Below are positions 11,695 to 19,441 of a DNA stretch of 26,775 bases, piece after piece. How positions within the stretch are numbered: the stretch's first letter is position 1; every line of letters starts with the position of its first letter. Position numbers and translations under genes: made by a program. The notes beneath the pieces are model-generated. The model had not been told where the DNA came from, searched no databases, and worked only from the letters and a program-made list of their open reading frames with translations. Origin of the DNA: Halocafeteria seosinensis (Eukaryota); NCBI GenBank assembly GCA_001687465.1, contig LVLI01000336.1, forward strand, positions 124,001-150,775. The letters are read 5' to 3'.

Positions 11695-12434
11695 CAGACT
11701 AAAGAAACGCCTCCTAGCTACGATGTGAGACTGTATAGAGAGCCATCATGGGGCTACAAACTCGTATATATGGCGTATAATGACCGCTGTGTCAGAGGCA
11801 CCGAGGCAACCCAACAATCAAATGTCACACTTTCTGTGGAATCCGAAGTCATTCAGAAGTCAACTCAATGCCCCCCAGTGAAAATTTTGATAAGGAAAAC
11901 ATATTTGCTGTGTAAGTACTGCAATAGTAACAGAGCCGTAATTTTTCATTGACAATTATGCACACGTTCACTGAGAATTTGCTCCGCACTTCCTGAATTT
12001 CAATTGAATTCCAGTTCGTCATTTTTTTATACATCCTTTGCCACAACTCGACAAACTCATATCGGTATTTCTCGTCGACCTTCCATGAAATTGATTTGCA
12101 GTGTAACACTCTATAGTAGTACGTCGATAAACTGAGAGATCCTCGCAACCACTCCAAGCTGTATCGAAGTCGAACTCTTCCAGAACTCTTCCCAGTACGA
12201 GGCAGCTGCTGAATTTGTTGCTTCACTTCCTTACACCAATGTTGTATGAGGAATTGGCCACAACTCTCGATTTACCGTGGTCACCATTATACGGGTCACG
12301 CTACCAGTTGTTGGTGTCAGAGTCGTCTCAAGTTGAAGTTGGTGCCCTCTTTTGGCGTCCATTTTTATATCATTGCGGTGTTTGCAGTAGAGCAAAAACA
12401 CCATGATTTGAAAGATAATTGATAGTTGGATAGT

Positions 12435-14616
12435 ATGCGCTTGATGATGAGGTCAGTGATAGCTAATTGTGGATGCAGGAGTGCTCCAAAGTCTACCGTC
12501 GTTCGGCTGGGTCGCACAGCACCACATTCGAACCATAGGAGCTCTCTCTTATCGCCATACTCTTTGTCTGTTAACGATACCTTTGGAGCTAGAAGGTATA
12601 CGTCATGTCCACTAACGCAGCCAAGTTTACAGAGTGGAAGGAGCGCCACAGTGTCGTATGAGCGTGTAAAAGTCCCCCGAATTGACTCACCAAGTTGGCA
12701 TACGACTCCATTTCGGCATGATACAGTTTCTCAAGCGCGATGTGTACATTCCAGGGCAAAACAACACAATCGAAATAGTCTGAGTCGAAGAGCGAGGTAT
12801 ACGAGCTCCATGTGGGGAATTGTGAAAAAGGTCGTCAACAAACAAGTTAGCCGATCCCAACTTCAGCAATTATTCCAATTATGGCAAGAATACCAACGCA
12901 TCTACGATAGGCCAACCCCCACGGTATACAGCGCCGTTATTGTTGGGTATCAGCTAATGCAGTGTCATACTCTCACGGTTCAACTCTACCATCGGTTCCG
13001 ACAGCGGTATGAGCAGGACCAAGAGGTTAGCGACGATGGCAACACGACTCAGGCAGAGGAAGATGTAGGCGCCCAGACGCCACAATCGGAAGTCAGTAGC
13101 CTGTCAGCTAATTCTACGGAAGAAAGAAGAGCTACCCTTCAAAAGATAGCGTACGATATGGTACTACGGGTAAGTGCGACTTTTGCGTGCTAGTCTGCGT
13201 ATCTGATTCAGGTTGTGTGCTTCGTTTCTCTCTCGGGACAGAGTGCGCAAAAGCTCGGAGATATTGACACTTTCATGTCTGTGTTATCGGATTTGGAGCA
13301 GCAAGGAATGGAAATCACACGTTCTCACTATGAATCTTTGTTGGCAACGTGTCTGACTGCTGGGGAAGAAGACAAAGCGAACAAGGTTTTGGAGCAGCTC
13401 GAAGAGCTTCCTGGTGATGCAAGCCCGCGTCTTTATAGAGTCATGGCAAAACATAGGATGGAACACAAGGAATATGATCGTGCCGTTCTTTGTATTGAAG
13501 AACTCCATCAAAAGGAGAGTCTGGATCGCTCTCGAGACTCATTTATGTGCGAGCAGTTGGCCACGGCGGCCTTGAACGGGCATGATTTTCGCACCGCTCG
13601 CAAATGCTTTGATCTTATGAGATCGATGAACGCCACATTTGATTTAGGAACACTGCAGTGGCTGTTATATAATTCATCTTCCCGGGGGTTCTTGCCTGTG
13701 GCTTCGGCGGCTTTCGAAATGTTGACTTCGCATCGAACAGGACATGGAATTCAACCGCAAGAGCATCACTTTGCTGCACTCATACAGAGCTGTGTTGTAT
13801 GCCATGACTGGAAGCGTGCCTTTGAGCTTTTAACAGTGATGTCAAGAGAAGGAGTTGTCCCTGCCCGTTCAACAGTGGAAATGGTAGTCAGAGATCTGTC
13901 GATATTATTGGGTATTTATCTCAGGAGCGAGCACATGGGTACATACTTATTAACACTAGTGTCTGATCAAACCTTAAAGATTGAGTCCATTTCTACCGCG
14001 AACGTAATATTATTGGCTTTGGCTCGGTCGGCCGTTCCCCAGTTAGTCGAGGAAGCAGTGTCTCTGGTGTTTGGGGGAGACTTATCACGTGGTAATGGAG
14101 TTACTTTGGAGCCGAATCAGCTAACATATGAAATACTATTGGAAGCGTATTCTTCGAGCAGATGTCCTAATGTGGAAGCATGTGAAAACGTGATAAAAAC
14201 AATGAAGCAGGCGCAGTTGGAGATCACTAGTATTAGCTATGATTTCTTGATCTCATCCTATTTGTACTCTGAAATGCTGGAAGAAGCTATGGAGACGCTG
14301 CAGTCTAGTGTAGCGGAGGGCAAACATGCCTCAAGAACAACTTTCGAGCAAGTTGGCAAGACTGCAGCTAGACATCATGAAGAGGTTAGTAATTGTAGGC
14401 GGACTTGATTATAATTGCAAGCGGACTGTATTGCCTTCTTGCTTGCAGAACAAGGTGAATGAAGTGCTTCGACTGATGGAAGTAGCAGAGCACCCTTATA
14501 CTCGCCGGTTTCTAGGGTACTTACGGCGACAGAGAGAAGGCACCCACGCAGACTATCAAAAGGACCCATTTCAACAGAATGGTAACGTACGTAGAATGAA
14601 TACCGTCTGCAAGTAA
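12435..14616 (+). CDS. Pentatricopeptide repeat (PPR) protein, probably mitochondrial (exons 12435-13169, 13242-14384, 14449-14616; ~681 aa; C-terminus uncertain)
   Basis: PPR-like units include PTPTVYSAVIVGY, QPQEHHFAALIQSCVVCHDWKRAFELLTVMSREGVVP, EPNQLTYEILLEAYS and SYDFLISSY. The N-terminus is Arg/Ser-rich and presequence-like. Introns at 13170-13241 and 14385-14448. A possible third intron at 14587-14645 (gtacgt...tgcag) would change the last few residues. Confidence 0.85.
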
Positions 14617-15228
14617 CGCACTTCTTGCCAATCCTGTAAATGCAGAGCGCATTCCACACGGGGCACGCGGGCTGAGGTAGAATTTAGTAACGGCTTACAT
14701 TTGGCAACTCTTATAAAAGATGCAGTTCGAGTACTGCAGATTACCAGATGGGAGGCGCTGGCCAATATCATCCCCGAAATTTCGTCTTATGAATGGCAGT
14801 CCACAGGGGCGGAGCGTTTCCGCGGCGATCCCTCATGTGATCAAACAGCCCGTCTGCTGAGGAGAGAAAGAAAGAACTAGCGAGGGAGAGAAGACTAAAT
14901 TGCTCGGAATGTCTCATGTATGTCATCCGTTGAGTTGATCAAGAACGCAACAGCTCGTCATGGAATAGGGCTGCTTGATCCAAATAGCTCATCGCACAAA
15001 AGCTTGTAGGCATCAGTGCTGCAAGTCTTAGATGAAGTGAATCTGTCCTGACTTGTATACCGCACAACGCAAAACAATAATACTTCTACTTCTAATTGCA
15101 ATTTGCCAACTCACTTACGTCCTCCACCTTCACATCTTCACTGCACAGTGTCTAGGGTTGTACTAGTAGGGATGTATCCTGTTGGCATTGCTCGAATTAT
15201 GAATTTGACAGTCAAGTTTAGCTGCACT

Positions 15229-16034
15229 ATGGGGAATCTCTTCGAGGACTCCTTGAATCCGGTTCGGTTCATTGGCGACATCGCAAGACTGGCCAGTTTT
15301 ATCATACTAATTGCGCGATTGCGATCTACGGGCAACGCCAATGGTAAGACATGCAACCTAGGGTACCCAACCTCCTACTTGGCTCTAACAGTGGTGGCAA
15401 TTATATCGCAGGGATCTCGCGCAAGACGCAAGTATTATTTCTTTTGGGATCAGTCTGTCGGTATTGGGACTTGATCCTGGCGTATTCGAACCAAAGTACT
15501 TACCTAGTCCTCTTCAAACTGACCTACCTTACGGCCTCGGTGTACATTGTTTATTTGCTGACCCTCGTTGAGCCATACAAAGAAACGTTTGCCAAAGCTT
15601 CCGACCAGAGGACTGACATGCGCTTGCCAGTTCTTGTGTGTGCACTCTTAGCGTCAGCGACCGCCAATACTGCGAGCACCCTCCCTACCTCTTTGGAAGA
15701 CGTCTTCGAAGTTTCATGGACGTTTTCGCTGTACTTGGAGGCGATCGCCATCTTTCCTCAATCGAATGCTTTGACACGAGACGGTCAAATTGAGAACGTC
15801 ACTCTCGTGTATGTGTCCTCTTTGGCCACATATCGCGTTTGTTACCTGATAAATTGGGTGCTGCGCTATGCTACCGAAATTAGCAGTCGCTCTCAGTTCC
15901 CGTGGGTCACAGGGATTGTTCAAACTGTGAGTTATCTTCATTTCTTTCACAGCTACAAGAAGAGATACGATTTCTATAACCGGGCTGAGGAATTACATTC
16001 GGTTCCACAAACAGCCGGTGAATCATCCGTCTGA
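15229..16034 (+). CDS. ERD2: ER lumen protein-retaining receptor (ERD2/KDEL receptor family), exons 15229-15343 and 15412-16034 (~245 aa)
   Basis: RFIGD, GISRKTQ, RYWDL, EVSWTFSLYLEAIAIFPQ, YRVCYLINWVLRY and GIVQT motifs. A 68-nt GT-AG intron at 15344-15411 keeps the frame. Confidence 0.9.
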
Positions 16035-16869
16035 GATTCCCACGTGTCAATCGGTCTCTCAACTGCATTCTCGACTTGCAAGAGCACGATGGACACACAC
16101 ACACATATGTGACAGATAGCCCACCGGCCGGGGAATTGACCGCATCCTCTTAACGAGGAGCGGTATGCGCCCGTGTTAGGCAGCGACGGCGTGCGTTGTA
16201 CCACGACGATGCTACATGAGTTTGATGCGTCCGTGTGGCTAGGCTACGCAGTTACAGATGCTTTGGAGACCCCGCCCGCCAGCCTGTCTCACGAAGTAGA
16301 CCATGGTAAAGCTGCTAATTTTGAAGATGGGCAGCAAACGGGATTGTTATTACATATATAACCTTGGTGGAATGAGTATGTTTTGAGTAATCCGCAGTGC
16401 TGTAATCATTCTACCGCACAAGCCAAGCGAGCAACTTCAGCACTTACTCTACTTTTTCCAAGATCCATCCTCTTCGACCAAGTTGAATACACACTCACGA
16501 CGACCAAGCCAACAGTGCACATACATGTATTATGCATGCAGCAGGCCACCGTACTTCAACCACAAACTGGTTCACAAACCTCGTGACGTAAAAAATTCAC
16601 TGCAGAAAACGCGTTCAGTCGATATGCTTTGAGCTACTAAGCAATAGAGCACTCAATCCATAGACCCCTATCATTTCCAAAGCCGCCCAACAAGCTCCAT
16701 TTTTGCTGTATCCTATGACGCGCGTTTTCTGACCGCACCTTTAGGGGAACCACAATTTGGTACACAACAGTGTCTTCTGTCAAGGAATGATAGAAACCCA
16801 AACCACAAGCAATAGTCGAGTGTCATATGCAGATTACTGGGACGCCTATGCTGAAGCGACGGCAATAAA

Positions 16870-18396
16870 ATGGTGCGCAATCGACAAAGCACGGGATGCT
16901 GTGGAAGAACAAAAACCTTTATATACAGCTGTTGTGCCAAGTTAGGAGTAGCACTTTCCGTTGCTGTGGTTTTGCTGATTGTGCAAAACTATACTCTAAT
17001 CACGACAATATCGCTTCCTCAACCTGCTGCCACGTTTTCAAACGAGTTTGCCGCTCAAGAGAGGAAAAGTGTGCTGCCACTGCTTAGGCTACTGATATTG
17101 AAATACTGCGGCAAAGAAGACAATAAAGACGCCTCGCCAGAGCTGCAAAGCTTATCCGTTTTCGAACAGAAATGCCTAAAGTATAGTGGTGGATCTGGGA
17201 CTCCTTCATCCCTTTGCTCGCACAGTGATTCCCTTCCACAGCAAATGCTTCAAGGTGAATTCAATGCAAGCTGGGCGAGCCAGATGAAAAGAGAGTTGGC
17301 AACCTTTGTTTCAGAGTGTTCAGACTATTGCGCTCCATTCCTTCGTTCCAGTGCAATTCTTTCTGAGCATATTCGGGAGGCAGCTGGTCCCCGTGGTGGC
17401 ATAATTCTCAAAGGCCCTTATCCAGCAGAAGTGAAAGACTACATATATGCAGTATCGTTGCGCTCGGAATGGCCAAGTCGGGACCGCCTCGTTTGGCTTT
17501 CCTCCTCTGAAGTTGGCAGGAAGTATGGTAACGTCACCTCCGATATTGCATTAGTGCGTGGGTTGACTTGTATCGTGGAAGAAAAACCCACGCATGGCCC
17601 GTTGGCACATTTCGCATCGGCTGTACTTCCGTACTTTGATAGCAAGCTTCCCTGTCAAACATACGTGTTTACGAAGACACCGGAGTCCCGTGTAGCCAGC
17701 CGCAGCACCTTTTACGGGCTTCTTACCGCCCTTACACTCAACCGGGACTCGAAAATAGTCTTCCTTCACCAGTTGCACGATAACAGGTTCACTTGTTTTC
17801 AACATATTGCGCATCACGGCCCTTCGTCAAACTTCTTCGATTCGCCTGAGGACGCGCTGGGTTTCAAGAAGGCAGCATGGGATTACCTTGGTTTCACAGT
17901 GGGACCACCGCGAAACGTGTGCTTATTCTATCGCAGCAATGGAAGAAACCCCCTAAATTTTCACGATCTGTTCAATTTACTGGTAGGCAAATTCGGGACC
18001 GTTGATGTTCTCCACTTCCACTCTTGGATCCCAATCAAGACGCAAGCTCAAGCATTTTATTCTTGTTGGCTTTTAGTCTCACCGCATGGAAGTCATAACA
18101 TGAATCTTCTGTTTTCCCAGCCGGCATCCTATTTCCTCGAGATTGATCCGCCAAAGTTTCATTTTCAAATGTTCGAGAGACTGGCGAACAAAGGCGGAAT
18201 ACACTATCTCCGCACAGAGGGGGTTGCTGCCGGACGTGGAATGGGAAGATCTTGGCAGCATCTTTCTACGGCTGATTGTACGAAATCTAAGGACTGTCGA
18301 AGTTATGCACGTGAATCTCCGTACAGGGTGAACTTGACAGATATCACAATTCTACTAGGGAATTTGAGTAATAACACGCGGCCAACCGCCACCTAG
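16870..18396 (+). CDS. Type II membrane glycosyltransferase, GT61 family (508 aa, single exon)
   Basis: N-terminal TM anchor LGVALSVAVVLLIV. The C-terminal GT61 signature is YRSNGR...QAQAFYSCWLLVSPHGSHNMNLLFSQPASYFLEI, a variant of the HGAxxxN motif. Confidence 0.8.
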   Translation: MVRNRQSTGCCGRTKTFIYSCCAKLGVALSVAVVLLIVQNYTLITTISLPQPAATFSNEFAAQERKSVLPLLRLLILKYCGKEDNKDASPELQSLSVFEQKCLKYSGGSGTPSSLCSHSDSLPQQMLQGEFNASWASQMKRELATFVSECSDYCAPFLRSSAILSEHIREAAGPRGGIILKGPYPAEVKDYIYAVSLRSEWPSRDRLVWLSSSEVGRKYGNVTSDIALVRGLTCIVEEKPTHGPLAHFASAVLPYFDSKLPCQTYVFTKTPESRVASRSTFYGLLTALTLNRDSKIVFLHQLHDNRFTCFQHIAHHGPSSNFFDSPEDALGFKKAAWDYLGFTVGPPRNVCLFYRSNGRNPLNFHDLFNLLVGKFGTVDVLHFHSWIPIKTQAQAFYSCWLLVSPHGSHNMNLLFSQPASYFLEIDPPKFHFQMFERLANKGGIHYLRTEGVAAGRGMGRSWQHLSTADCTKSKDCRSYARESPYRVNLTDITILLGNLSNNTRPTAT

Positions 18397-18928
18397 GCAC
18401 GATCTAGATATGAATTGGTTTATCGCTAGCCGAATATTAGTTCTGGGTGCTCGCTGATGACTCCGGCGAGGAAAATGGCCTACCAGCAGATATACGTCTG
18501 AGGAATCCCCAAGGGTGGTAGTGTTGATACGCGCAGGGGCAGACAAAATGCAGGATATGGGGCCCACCAGGGAAAACTTCCACAAGAGGATCGCCGACCT
18601 ACCTTAGTTTGCTTTAGCCGGTAGACCATAAGCAATACCCATGATGTAGTATTGTACGCGGATTCGTTTGTTTTTATTGGAATCGTCGGACGTACTCCAT
18701 GTTCAGACAGGAACGCTGCAAACGACGAACAAGACAAAACACGTAAATAGAAAATAGCCAAGTGGAGTCTTTCAACCGTCTACAGTGTAGTTTGGCTAAA
18801 CCCAGGCTAAACCAGTTCAAACTCCTCGGAACACGACAAACATTTCGTCATCTTAGACTCATCAAATTGACAAATTCATTCTGTTGCTGGAAGACTTTGT
18901 CATACAAGTAAGTTGGGCTCCTACATAG

Positions 18929-19081
18929 TACATATTTAATGATTAGGGTACTTATGTTTAAACAACCAACAGTGGTAGGATTCGTAAAGAGGCCATGGCA
19001 TGGTAGAGTTTGATGTTCGGGGGACAAACTTGCTCTCTTGCTGCCATTAATGGCCATGGCATGTTTCCCGTGAGGTATGTA
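18929..19081 (+). ncRNA. Box C/D snoRNA-like RNA A (long, structured, orphan)
   Basis: Terminal stem tacatatt (18929-18936)/ggtatgta (19074-19081), box C ATGATTA (18939-18945) and box D GTGA (19070-19073). Internal stems gccatggc/gccatggc, atggtag/ctgccat and agtttg/caaact. Confidence 0.6.
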
Positions 19082-19107
19082 TCTAGGAGGATATGCATGT
19101 CTGAGAC

Positions 19108-19220
19108 TGTCTTCTCCAAGGATTATGTCTCCATTATACGCTTCCGTGGCCACTTTATCGCCCTCGAGGAGCGATGAAATGAGCTGGGACACCATAATGA
19201 AGACAAATGAGGAGAAGATG
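19108..19220 (+). ncRNA. Box C/D snoRNA-like RNA B (structured, orphan)
   Basis: 10-bp terminal stem tgtcttctcc/ggagaagatg, box C variant AGGATTA (19119-19125) and box D ATGA (19207-19210). An internal stem tgtct-cattat/ataatg-agaca lies next to the boxes, plus a hairpin tttatcgc/gcgatgaa. Confidence 0.65.
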
Positions 19221-19235
19221 ATGGTTTATTAGGAG

Positions 19236-19353
19236 GCTCCTGTGATTATACAAAGAAGCATAATGGAGGATAATAATACCCCCATCTGACTGTCCTTTCA
19301 TCCAAAGGGCAGCATGAAAATGTGCCTTTTTTTTAGACATGCATATGAGGAGT
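19236..19353 (+). ncRNA. Box C/D snoRNA C (double guide, 18S rRNA)
   Basis: Stem gctcc/ggagt, C GTGATTA (19242-19248), D' CTGA (19286-19289), a 9-bp hairpin ctgtccttt/aaagggcag, C' ATGAAAA (19314-19320) and D ATGA (19345-19348). The D guide ttagacatgcat is antisense to conserved 18S AUGCAUGUCUAA. The D' guide aataccccca is antisense to 18S UGGGGGUAUU. Confidence 0.85.
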
Positions 19354-19441
19354 GCTTCTAGCAGCTTATTCAGTGCGTTGCATGGTGGGCAAAGCATGCT
19401 CTGTCACTTGTTCTATGCCGTTGTCTATCGTGCAGAATGAG

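Larger units (their letters stand above)
18908..19435 (+). other. Long (528 nt) 5'-UTR intron of the carrier gene, hosting three C/D snoRNA-like RNAs
   Basis: Strong donor caa|GTAAGT at 18908 and acceptor tgcAG at 19435, 6 nt before the ATG at 19442. The upstream exon has no in-frame ATG after the TAG at 18854. The intron is much longer than the usual 60-83 nt. Confidence 0.7.

Noticed and set aside
14617..14880. Open frame of about 87 codons continuing in phase after the PPR stop codon (readthrough?)
   Set aside because: TAA in a non-leaky context, no PPR-like sequence, and all other genes use standard stops, so there is no evidence for recoding.
18969..18984. acagtggtaggattcg is antisense to a tRNA-like T-arm/acceptor sequence
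   Set aside because: No cloverleaf on either strand and no adjacent D/D' box, so probably coincidental.
19095..19125. CTGAGA in a 5'-UTR intron, suggesting a TPP riboswitch
   Set aside because: The other conserved TPP elements (CCTGA-x-GGNTAAT-x-GCG) are absent, and the region is better explained by C/D RNAs.
18848..19397. Minus-strand ORFs of 115 and 80 aa
   Set aside because: No protein-like motifs, and they are antisense to the snoRNA-bearing intron.
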